Shown here piece after piece: positions 1 through 11,500 of a DNA stretch of 64,000 nt (position 1 is its first letter; each line of letters begins with the position of its first letter). The notes below the pieces were generated by a model that saw only the letters and a program-made list of their open reading frames with translations, was not told the origin of the DNA and did not search any database. Source of the DNA: Leucoraja ocellata (taxonomy: Eukaryota); the NCBI GenBank assembly GCA_036785375.1, contig JAWMAR010000563.1, positions 1,054,001 through 1,118,000 on the forward strand. Reading direction: 5' to 3'. Position numbers and translations under genes: made by a program.

Positions 1-1030
1 ATAGTGGTGAGTCTCTGGAACTCTCTGCCACAGAAGGTAGTGGAGGCCAGTTCATTGGCTATATTTAAGAGGGAGTTAGATGTGGCCCTTGTGGCTAAAG
101 GGATCAGGGGGTATGGAGAGGGGGGAGCTGTGAGGAGGATGCTAGGAGACTGCAAGGTGACTTGGATAGGCTGGGTGAGTGGGCAAATGTTTGGCAGATG
201 CAGTATAATGTGGATAAATGTGATGTTATCCATTTTGGTGACAAAAACGGGAAAGCAGACTATTATCTAAATGGTGGCCGATTGGGAAAGGGGGAGATGC
301 AGCGAGACCTGGGTGTCATGGTACACCAGTCATTGAAGGTAGGCATGCAGGTGCAGCAGGCAGTAAAGAAAGCGAATGGTATGTTAGCTTTCATTGCAAA
401 AGGATTTGAGTATAGGAGCAGGGAGGTTCTACTGCAGTTGTACAGGGTCTTGGTGAGAACACACCTGGAGTATTGCGTACAGTTTTGGTCTCCAAATCTG
501 AGGAAGGACATTATTGCCATAGAGGGAGTGCAGAGAAGGTTCACCAGACTGATTCCTGGGATGTCAAGACTGTCTTATGAAGAAAGACTGGATAGACTTG
601 GTTTATACTCTCTAGAATTTAGGAGACTGAGAGGGGATCTTATAGAAACTTACAAAATTCTAAAGGGGTTGGACAGGCTAGATGTAGGAAGATTGTTCCC
701 GATGTTGGGGAAGTCCAGGACAAGGGGTCACAGCTTAAGGATAAGGGGGAAATCCTTTAAAACCGAGATGAGGAGAACTTTTTTCACACAGAGAATGGTG
801 AATCTCTGGAACTCTCTGCCACAGAGGGTAGTTGAGGCCAGTTCATTGGCTATATTTAAGAGGGAGTTAGTTGTGGCCCTTGTGGCTAAGGGGATCAGGG
901 GGTACAGAGAGAAGGCAGGTACGGGATACTGAGTTGGATGATCAGCCATGATCATATTGAATGGCGGTGCAGGCTCGAAGGGCCGAATGGCCTACTCCTG
1001 CACCTAATTTCTATGTTTCTATGTTTCTAT
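1..1030 (+). mobile_element. CR1 LINE 3' fragments (family A, TTTCTATG tail)
   Basis: ORF 162-932 is CR1 RT C-terminus ([21 protein letters not shown]); tail TTTCTATGTTTCTAT. Confidence 0.93.
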
Positions 1031-1364
1031 CAGCCGTGATCATATTCGCTGACGTCTTTTCCATTTCGGTAGAGATTTCGCTTTTCTTTCTAAGTATCCG
1101 CTCCTCGTTACATTTCGTCGTGTTTAAGTACACTTTTTTAATCAAATCCTACACCCCCCCCCCCCACCACCTCAATATTTCAAAAAGAAACTGGTTTCTC
1201 ATCCACACAAGCAGCTCCCTGTGAACGTTCCATCGTGTGATGTCACAATGCCCAATGCTCAAATATATTGTTGCCATAGAGAACGCTCAGTGATTATTCA
1301 AATTCTTCACTAACTGTCATTTCTGATTTGCTTGTGAAGTGAAAAGTCCTGAATTGCATTTGTC

Positions 1365-2590
1365 TGATGCAGGAAGATTGTTCCAGATGTTGTGGAAGTC
1401 CAGGACACGCGGGACACAGTTTAAGGATAAAGGGGAAATCCTTTAGTACTGAGATGAGGGAAACATTTTTCACACAGATAGTGGTGAGTCTGGAACTCTC
1501 TGCCACAGAAGGTAGTGGAGGCCAGTTCATTGGCTATATTTAAGAGGGAGTTAGATGTGGCCCTTGTGGCTAAAGGGATCACGGGGTATGGAGAGGGGGG
1601 AGCTGTGAGGAGGATGCTAGGAGACTGCAAGGTGACTTGGATAGGCTGAGTGAGTGGGCAAATGTTTGGCAGATGCAGTATAATGTGGATAAATGTGATG
1701 TTATCCATTTTGGTGACAAAAACGGGAAAGCAGACTATTATCTAAATGGTGGCCGATTGGGAAAGGGGGAGATGCAGCGAGACCTGGGTGTCATGGTACA
1801 CCAGTCATTGAAGGTAGGCATGTAGGTGCAGCAGGCAGTAAAGAAAGCGAATGGTATGTTAGCTTTCATTGCAAAAGGATTTGAGTGTAGGAGCAGGGAG
1901 GTTCTACTGCAGTTGTACAGGGTCTTGGTGAGAACACACCTGGAGTATTGCGTACAGTTTTGGTCTCCAAATCTGAGGAAGGACATTATTGCCATAGAGG
2001 GAGTGCAGAGACGGTTCACCAGACTGATTCCTGGGATGTCAGGACTGTCTTATGAAGAAAGACTGGATAGACTTGGTTTATACTCTCTAGAATTTAGGAG
2101 ACTGAGAGGGGATCTTATAGAAACTTACAAAATTCTTAAGGGGTTGGACAGGCTAGATGTAGGAAGATTGTTCCCGATGTTGGGGAAGTCCAGGACAAGG
2201 GGTCATAGTTTAAGGATAAGGGGGAAATCTTTTGTGACCGAGATGAGAAGAACTTTTTTCACACAGAGAATGGTGAATCTCTGGAACTCTCTGCCACAGA
2301 GGGTAGTTGAGGCCAGTTCATTGGCTATATTTAAGAGGGAGTTAGATGTGGCCCTTGTGGCTAAGGGGATCAGGGGGTATGGAGAGAAGGCAGGTACGGG
2401 ATACTGAGTTGGATGATCAGCCATGATTATATTGAATGGCGGTGCAGGCTCGAAGGGCCGAATGGCCTACTCCTGCACCTAATTTCTATGTTTCTATGTT
2501 TCTATCAGCCGTGATCATATTGAATGGAGAATGGTGCAGGCTCGAAGGGCCGAATGGCCTACTACTGCACTTAATTTCTATGTTTCTATG
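1365..2590 (+). mobile_element. CR1 LINE 3' fragments, duplicate of 1-1046
   Basis: Same internal junction (GGTATGGAGAGGGGG..AGCTGTGAGGAGG) and near-identical sequence to 1-1046, with a premature stop at 1823-1825. Confidence 0.92.
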
Positions 2591-5500
2591 TGTCCCTCTC
2601 CTCACCCCTCTCCCTCTGCCACCCATCTCTCTCCCCCACCCCCCTTCCCTCTCTACCACCACCCCCACCCTCTCTACCACCACCCCCTTCCCCTACACCT
2701 CTGTCCCTCTTCTACCACTCCCGCTACCCCTCTACCCCTCCCTCCCCACTCTTCCACTTCTCTCCCACTCTCTCCTCCCGCTCTCCTCACCCTCTCCCAT
2801 CCCTCTCTCCCCACCCCCTTCCCTCTCTACCCCACCCCCTACCTTCTCTCCCCCCACACCCTTCCCCTATCCCTCTGTCCCTCTTCCATCACTCCCGCTA
2901 CCCCTCTCCTCCTCCCTCCCCACTCTTTCCCCTCTTTCCCCCCACCCTCTCCCCATCCCCCCTCCCCCAAAGCTCTCTCCCCATCCCTCACCCCCTACCC
3001 CGCTCTCCTTTCCCTCCCAAATCTATCCCGTTTCCTCCTCCTCCCTCCCCTCTTCTCACCCCCCCCGCAAACGCCGTTGGGGAAACAGACCATAGAGGGA
3101 GTACAGAGAAGGTTCAACAGACTGATTCCTGGGATGTCAGGACTTTCAAATGAACTGGATAGACTTGGCTTGTACTCGCTAGATTTTAGAAGATTGAGGG
3201 GGGATCTTATAGAAACTTACAAAATTCTTAAGGGGTTGGACAGGCTAGATGCAGGAAGATTGTTCCAGATGTTGGGGAAGTCCAGAACAGGGGGTCACAG
3301 TTTAAGGATAAGGGGGAAATCCTTTATGACTGAGATGAGAAAAACATTTTTCACACAGAGAGTGGTGAATCTCTGGAATTCTCTGCCACAGAAGGTAGTT
3401 GAGGCAAGTTCATTGGCTATATTTAAGAGGGAGTTAGATGTGGCCCTTGTGGCTAAAGGGATCAGGGGGTATGGAGAGAAGGCAGGTACAGGATACTAAG
3501 TTGGATAATCATCCTTGATCATATTGAATGGTGGTGCAGGCTCGAAGGGCCGAATGGCCTACTACTGCACTTAATTTCTATGTTTCCCTCTCTTCACCCC
3601 TCTCCCTCTCCTCACCCCTCTCCCTCACCCCTCTCCCTCTCTCCCTCACCCCCCTTCCCTCTCTACCCCACCCCCTTCCCTCTCTCCACCCGCCCCCTTC
3701 CCCCTACCCCTCTCCTCCTCCCTCTCACTCCCCACTCTTTCCCGTCTCTCCCTCCACCCCTCTCCCCCTCCTCCCCTCCCTCCCCATTCCCCCCTCCCCC
3801 ACATCTCTCTCCCCATCCCCCTCTCTCACCCCTACCCCGCTCTCCTTTCCATCCCAAATCTGTCATGTTTCCTCCTCCTCCTCTCCCCTCCCTCCCCTCT
3901 TCTCACCAACCCTTCCCCCCTCCCCCCACCTGTGAGTTTGGGGAGTGGTTAATTTGAGTGTGATGCCGCAGCCCCTACTCCCCCTCCCCACCCCCCTCGC
4001 AAACGCTGTTGGGGAAACAGACCCAACGGGTCTGCACTTGGTCTAGTATATATATAAAACTCAAATCAGTCCGCCTGCCGCTGTACGGCGTCCGCCGCGT
4101 TTCATCCTTTGACGCTCCGCAACTCCGAAACCGGACGCTCAATCTCCGAGATATTTTCACTGCTGCAGCAGGCAGGGGAGGGCTGCAATTGAGGGAGGCA
4201 GGGGAGTGCTGGAAACTTACATTTGGCAACGGGCTCAGAACCAATGGAGGAGACGGGTGCATGGTGGAATATTGGGTTGGGGGATCACACCATTGGGGGA
4301 GCAGACCCAACGGGTCTGCACTTGGTCTAGTATATATATAAAACTCAAATCAGTCCGTCCGCCAGCAGTACGGCGTCCGGCTGCATTTCTTCCTTTGATT
4401 CATTGCCACGCCCAATCCAGACGCTCAATCTCCGAGATATTTTCCATTTCTGTAGAGATTTCGCTTTTCTTTCTAAGTATCTGCTCCTCATTTCATTTCG
4501 TCGTGTTGAAGTACATGTTTTTAATCAAATCCTTCTCCCCCCCCCCCCCACCCACCCCCAAGTATTTCAAAAATAAACAGGCTTCTCCATTTACATGTCA
4601 GCTTCCAATACACTTCGAAACAAAGTTGCAAGAGAGGAACACTGAACTTTTCACTGCTGCAGCAGGCAGGGGAGGGCTGCAATCTTACATTTGGGAACGG
4701 GCTCAGTTCGAATGGAGGAGACGGGTGCATGGTGGAATATTGGGTTGGGGGATCACACCATTGGGGGAGCAGACCCAACGGCTCTGCACTTGGTCTAGTA
4801 TATATATAAAACTCAAACCAGTCCGCCTGCAGTACGGATCCCTTCCTGCCTTTCGATTCGTTGACGGCTGCTCCTTCCTCAGCTTCCAACACACTTCGAA
4901 ACAATGTTGCAAGACAGGAACGCTGAACTTTTCACTGCTGCAGCAGGCAGGGATTTTTTTTAAAGAGGCAGGGCAGTGCTGGAATCTTACTTTTGAGAAC
5001 GGCTTCAGTTTCATTGGAGGAGACGGGTGCATGGTGGAATATTGAGTTGGGGGAGCACACCATTGGGGGCGCAGACCCAACGGGTCTGCACTTGGTCTAG
5101 TTAATCTATAAAACTATTGTGCCATCCGACCGGCTGCTGTCCGGCTGCCTTTCTGCCTTTTGATTTGTTTCCGTCGTGTGATGTCACCATGCCCAATGCT
5201 CGCAGATGTCCAATCACAATGCCCAATGCTCGCAGATGTCCAATCGGAATGGATCCATTTACATGGACGGCTGTCGACTGCCTTTCTTCCTTTGATTCCC
5301 TGCAACTCCGAAACCAGACGCAGAATCACCAACATCTTTTCCATTTCGGTAGAGATTTCACTTTTCTTTCTAAGTATCCACTCCTCATTACATTTTGTCG
5401 TGTTTAAGTACACGTTTTTAATCAAATCCTTCTCTCCTTCCACCAATATTTCAAAAATAAACTGGCTTCTCACCCATAGAAGCAGCACCAGCCCCAGCCC

Positions 5501-7265
5501 CAGCCCCTGGTGAATGTTCCATCGTGTGATGTCACAATGCCCAATGTTCACAGATATCCAATCGGAATGAATTCATTTACAAATGCCTTTGCAGGAACAC
5601 AAGCACTTGGTGAACTTTCCATCGTGTGATGTCACAATGTCCAATGCTCAAAGGCATTGTTGCCATAGAGGGAGTACAGAGAAGGTTCACCAGACTAATT
5701 CCTGGGATGTCAGGACTTTCATATGAAGAAAGACTAGATAGACTCGGCTTGTACTCGCTAGAATTTAGAAGATTGAGGGCAGATCTTATAGAAACGTACA
5801 AAATTCTTAAGGGGTTGACAGGCTAGATGCAGAAAGATTGTTCCAGATGTTGGGGAAGTCCAGAACAAGGGATCACAGTTTATAGATAAGGGGGAAATCC
5901 TTTAGGACAGAGATGAGAAAAACATTTTTCACACAGAGATGGTGAATCTCTGGAATTCTCTGCCACAGAAGGTAGTTGAGGCCAGTTCATTAGCTATATT
6001 TAAGAGGGTTAGATGTGGCCCTTGTGGCTAAAGGGATATGGAGAGAAGGCAGGTACAGGATACTGAGTTGGATGATCAGCCATGATCATATTGAATGGTG
6101 GTGCAGGCTCAAACGGACGAATGGCCTACTACTGCACCTATTTCTATGTTTCCCTCTCTTCACCCCTCTCCCTCTCCCACCCATCCCTCTCTCCCCCACC
6201 CCCCTTCCCTCTCTCCCCCACCCCCCTTCCCTCTCTCCACCCGGCCCCTTCCTCCTACCCCTCTGTCCCTCTTCCATCACTCCCCCTACCCCTCTCCTCC
6301 TCCCTCCCCACTCTTGCACGTCTCCCCTTCCCCCTCCACTCTCCCTCCCCACTCTTTCCCCTCTCTCCCCACACCCCTCTCCCCCTCCCTCCCCTCCCCC
6401 CCTCCCCCACAACTCTCTCCCCATCCCCCTCTCACCCCCTACCCTGCTCTCCTTTCCTTCCCAAATTTGTCCCATTTCCTCCTCCTCTCACCTCCCTCCC
6501 CTCTTCTCACCCCCCCCTCCCCCCACCTGTGAGTTTGGGGGGTGGTTAATTTGAGTGTGATGCCGCAGCCCCTACTCCCCCTCCCCCTCCCCCCCCCCCC
6601 CGCAAATGCTGTTGGGGAAACAGACCCAACGGGTCTGCACTTGGTCTAGTTAATATATAAAACTCTCGTGCCATCCGACCGGCTGCCGACCGGCTGCCTT
6701 TCTGCCTTTTGATTCGTTGACGGCTGCTCCTTCCTATCAGCTTCCAACACATTTCGAAACAAAGTTGCAAGACAGGAACAAGAATGGCCTACTACTGCGC
6801 TTAATTTCCATGTTTCCCTCTCCTCACCCCTCTCCCTCTCTCCCTCACCCCCCTTCCCTCTCTACCCCGCCCTCTTCCCTCTCTCCACCCGCCCCCTTCT
6901 TCCTACCCCTCTGTCCTGTCCATCACTCCCCCTACCCCTCTCCTCCTCCCTCCCCGCTCTTCCACGTCTCCCCTTCTCCCTCCACTCTCCCTCCCCACTC
7001 TTTCCCTTCTCTCCCCCCACCCCTCTCCCACTCCCTCCCTCCTCCCCTCCCTCCCCATCACCCCCCTCCTCCACATCTCTCTCCCCATCCCCCTCTCTCA
7101 CCTCCTACCCCGCTCTCCTTTCCCTCCCAAATCTGTCATGTTTCCTCCTCCTCCTCTCCTCCTCCCTCCCTCCCTCTTCACACCCCCCCTCCCCCACCTG
7201 TGAGTCTGGGGGGTGCTTAATTTGAGTGTGATGCCGCAGCCCCCCCCCCCGCAAACGATGTTGGC
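2590..7265 (+). mobile_element. Tandem array of non-autonomous Helitron-like units with CR1 cargo and C/T-rich tracts
   Basis: Five copies of hairpin (G)CAGACCC-AAC-GGGTCTGC + ACTTGGTCTAG (CTAG ending at 4046, 4330, 4798, 5100, 6649), each followed by TATA..AAAACT. CR1 pieces at ~3091-3585 and ~5655-6150. Confidence 0.75.
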
Positions 7266-7439
7266 AAAAGTGACAATTATAAACAAATACCAATGCTGTT
7301 GTGCAAGTTCTCCCCATATCTGATAGATGGGACCTTGATAAACTCGTAGACACCATTGCCGTCTATATTCACCACCATGCGCTGCACAGTTTCAATGTCC
7401 AACCTAGCTTCCAATATAACTTCTTTACATCATTCCATT

Positions 7440-7862
7440 TTGAGTTGGAAGATACAACATGGACACAGGCCCTTCAGCCCATCATGCTGACCATCGGTCA
7501 CCCCTTCACACTAGTTCAATGTTGTCCAATCCCCACACACGCTAGGGAAAATTTACAGAGGTCAATTAACTGACAAACCCACACATCTGAGGAATGTGGG
7601 AGAAAACCAGAGTACCCGGGAAGAACGCAGTGGTCACAGAAAGAACGAAGAAGACCCTTCTTGGAGGGCCCCTACCCGAAACGTCGCCTATTCCTTCACT
7701 CCATAGATGCTGCTTCACCCACTGAGTTTCTCCAGCATTTGTGTCTACATTCGATTTTTCAGCATCTGCAGTTCTTTCTTAAAGAAAATCTACAGATAAT
7801 ACCAGAGGTGATGATCTAACGCTGGTCGCTGGTACTGTGAGGCAGCAGCTCTACCAGCTGTG
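7440..7862 (-). mobile_element. tRNA-derived V-SINE (HE1-like), interrupted by a Penelope-like terminal fragment at ~7650-7785
   Basis: Reverse complement of the SINE head (GGTAGAGCTGCTGCCTCACAG) and V-domain (TTCTCCCACA). Confidence 0.7.
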
Positions 7863-8270
7863 GACAGTGTTTGGTTTCCTCCTTTTGTTCTGCATTGTAA
7901 TGATTCAAGTCGGGATAGGCGATTGGATTTATGGGTCTGCTGAATCATAAAAGAACATTAGGAGCAGTTAGCAGCGCAAGAATGGTGCGTTATCTGAAAC
8001 GTAATTACATTTCCAGGCAACTACGCCCTGCCATTCCATTCCATTTGCTATATAGTGCGAAAAAAACAAAGTGCTGTAGTGACTCAGCAGGTCGGGCAAC
8101 ATCTCTGGAAGACATTGATAGGCGCTATTTCAGATTGGGACCCTATTTCAGATTGACAATAGTCATCTATCCTTTTTCTCCAAAGATGCTGCTCGACCCG
8201 TTGAGTTACTCCAGCGCTTTGTCACCATCTATGCTCTCCGGACTTGCGACCCGAACTGCTGAGTTACACC

Positions 8271-8374
8271 TCAGTTCCTCCACGTGTCTCCATTGCAGTC
8301 AATGGTTTCCTGCTGGTCCAATGACACCGCTCGACAACTGGTGACGACCCGTGGTATTTTTATTCTGATTGTAT
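8271..8374 (+). promoter_or_regulatory. Putative MHC promoter: ETS-like/E-box plus X1X2 and Y-box module
   Basis: AGTTCCTC and CACGTG at 8273-8286; CTCGACAACTGGTG (8330-8343) running into TGACG; 21-bp spacer; CTGATTGT (8365-8372). Arrangement resembles the MHC X-spacer-Y module. Confidence 0.5.
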
Positions 8375-8449
8375 GATGAGATTATCCTGCTTTGGTGTTG
8401 GTGAAGTTTGGCTCAGTTGCTGCTGTTGATGCGAGAGGTTGTACGCGCA

Positions 8450-8500
8450 ATGATTCTGTTCATCTTGCTGAGTTTCTTCCACGTACAAGGGGCTCTTGCA
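8450..8500 (+). CDS. Putative MHC class I exon 1 (signal peptide [17 protein letters not shown])
   Basis: ATG at 8450, 17 hydrophobic codons ending in A-L-A, immediately followed by GTAAGG donor. Sits in non-repeat sequence 76 bp after the Y-box-like motif. Donor phase (0) does not match the canonical exon 2 acceptor (phase 1). Confidence 0.7.
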
Positions 8501-11500
8501 GTAAGGTATTCGTTACTGGCTTGGCTTTAAATCTCTATTGAGTTTAAAAACGCGCGCAATACACATTCAGTCTGAGGTTCATGTAGACGTTAAAACGGTT
8601 CAATCTCCCCTGTTTCGGTACAATACAGACTGGAATTTCTGCTTTGATTTGCACCATGCACCGTTTCCTTTGTGAGAGAAGGAACTGCAGGAAATGAGAC
8701 GGGACAGGTGGCGGAGGTATGCGTTGGGGAGCACTCCGGGTCCAGTAATCACAATACCATTAGTTTCAATATAATTATGGAGAGGGTCAGAACTGGACCT
8801 AGGGTTGAGATTTTTGATTGGAGAAAGGCTAACTTTGATGAGATGCGAAATGATTTAAAAGGAGTGAACTGGGACATTTTGTTTTATGGGAAAGATGTAG
8901 AAGAGAAATGGAAGACATTTAAAAGGGAAATTTTAAGAGTACATAATCTTTATGTCCCCGGGCTATGACAGACATATTTCAAATGTCATTAGAAACGGGA
9001 ATAGTCCCCGAGGATTGGCGTACTGTGCATGTTGTTCCATTGTTTAAAAAGGGTACTAAAAGTAAACCTAGCAATTATAGACCTGTTAGTTTGACTTCAG
9101 TGGTGGGCAAATTAATGGAAAATATACTATATATAAGCATCTGGATAAACAGGGTCTGATTAGGAACAGTCAGCATGGATTTGTGCCTGGAAGGTCATGT
9201 TTGACTTTTCCCCTTTTCCACTTTTTCCCCTTTCTATTGCTTTCTTTTTCTTGATCTGCTTACTTTTTTCTTATAACATAAAACTAGAGGTTGTACATAG
9301 AATGGATTACGGTATTACATAGTTGGCACCTAAAATTAGGCGCCACTGTACTGTTTTGTGCTGTATTAACTTCTAATAAAATAAACAAAACATGTTTGAC
9401 TAATCTTCTTGAATTTTTTGAAGAGGTTACTAGGGAAATTGATGAGGGTAAAGCAGTGGATGTTGTCTATATGGACATTAGTAAGGCCTTTAACAAGGTT
9501 CCTAATGGAAGGTTGGTTAAGAAGGTTCAACTGTTGGGTATAAATGCAGGAATAGCAAGATGGATTCAACAGTGGCTGAATGGGAGAAGCCAGAGGGTAA
9601 TGGTGGATGGCTGTTTGTCGGGTTGGAGGCAGGTGACTAGTAGGGTGCCTCAGGGATCTGTGTTGGATCCTTTGTTGTTTGTCATGTACATCAATGATCT
9701 GGATGAAGGTGTGGTGAATTGGATTAGTAAGTATGCAGATGATACCAAGATAGGGGGTGTTGGGGATAATGAAGAGGATTTCCAAAGTCTACAGTGTGAT
9801 TTAGGCCATTTGGAGGAATGGGCTGAAAGATGGCAGATGAAGTTTAATGCTGATAAATGTGAGGTGCTACACCTTGGCAGGACAAATCAAAATAGGACGT
9901 ACATGGTAAATGGTAGGAAATTGGAGAATGCAGTTGAACAGAGGGATCTGGGAATAACCGTGCATAGTTGTTCCTTGAAGGTGGAATCTCATATAGATAG
10001 GGTGGTAAAGAAAGCTTTTGGTATGCTAGCCTTTATAAATCAGAGCATTGAGTATAGAAGCTGGGATGTAATGTTAAAATTGTACAAGGCATTGGTGAGA
10101 CCAAATCTGAAGTAGGGTGTACAATTTTGGCCGCCCAATTATAGGAAGGATGTCAACAAAATAGAGAGAGTATAGAGGAGATTTACTAGAATGTTGCCTG
10201 GGTTTCAACAACTAAGTTACAGAGAAAGGTTGAATAAGTTAGGTCTTTATTCTCTGGAGCGCAGAAGGTTAAGGGGGGACTTGATAGCGGTCTTAAAATG
10301 ATGAGAGGGATAGACAGAGTTGATGTGGACAAGCTTTTCCCTTGGAGAATACGGAAGATTCAAACAAAAGGACATGACTTCAGAATGAAGGTACGGAAAT
10401 TTAGGGATAACCTATGGTTATATGTTATAAAGGTCATGAGGGATGATCTTTTTATTTCTCCCCAGACTGATGTGTCTGGAACCAAAATTCACAGTTTAGA
10501 AATAAGGGTTCAGACATTCTTATGGCACCAAAACATGGTGACACTTGTGTATTGCCGCGGTTAGGTCTGCTATATGATTTTACCGAGTTGTATGCGAAAC
10601 AGAGCATTTCACTGTACCTAGGTGCATGTGACAATAAAATATCATTGAATCATTGAATTCAGTGCAGTAAAGAGATGAAACTTTTTCACCCAGAGGGTAA
10701 TTAGTCTTTCAAATTCTCTGTCCAAGAAGGGTGCGGGCATTCAGTCAATCAGATGCTTGAGGCACGGATAGGAAGATGCTTGGATACAAAAGGAATTGTG
10801 GGATAGTTTGGAAAAATGGTGGTCTGCTAGAGGATCTTATAGAATATCAGAGATTGGGGACAAAGGATGAATGGCACCATTTTGCTTATGTTAGGTTTGT
10901 TCTCACTCCACAAGAGAGTCCAGAAGAGTATAGAATGTTCAATAGTCATATGTGCTGACTACCAAATAATGACATTCGTGCAGCAGCTTAGCAGACCTGT
11001 AAGACAATACAAATAGATAACATGCTAAAAATTCAGTAAATTGATAATCCCAATATTTGTGGAAAAACACCTCGAATGCTTAGTTTACCCAAAGACAGTC
11101 CATCGGTCTACAGGGTCTGATTCAACACATTACTTATCCATTCTCACCAGCGACGCTGCCTGATCTGCTGAGTTACTCCAACACTTTGTATTTATTTTGT
11201 TGATTATTCATAGTTGAGTGTAGCCTAGTTCAGGGTTCAATATACGGGAAGATTTTAATGATCACATTCCAGCACACATCTCCAGAGCCAAACAAAACAA
11301 TGACATTCTCGTTTGATGGGAATAATCTAGTTTGGTGAAAGGGGAAACAGGCATAGATATAATGAATAACATATTTATAGCAGTTTCAATGTAGGAAAAT
11401 GCTTCAATGAGATTCGTAAGAATATTATTCTGTAACATTTTACCTCGAGCAGTATAATGGCATTACATGACAATTAGCAAAATGAACAGTTAAGGTGCAT

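Noticed and set aside
2436-7220. Long Pro/Ser/Leu-rich ORFs (e.g. 2531-3499, 6015-6554)
   Set aside because: Translation of C/T low-complexity DNA fused to CR1 fragments; open in several frames only because stops are rare.
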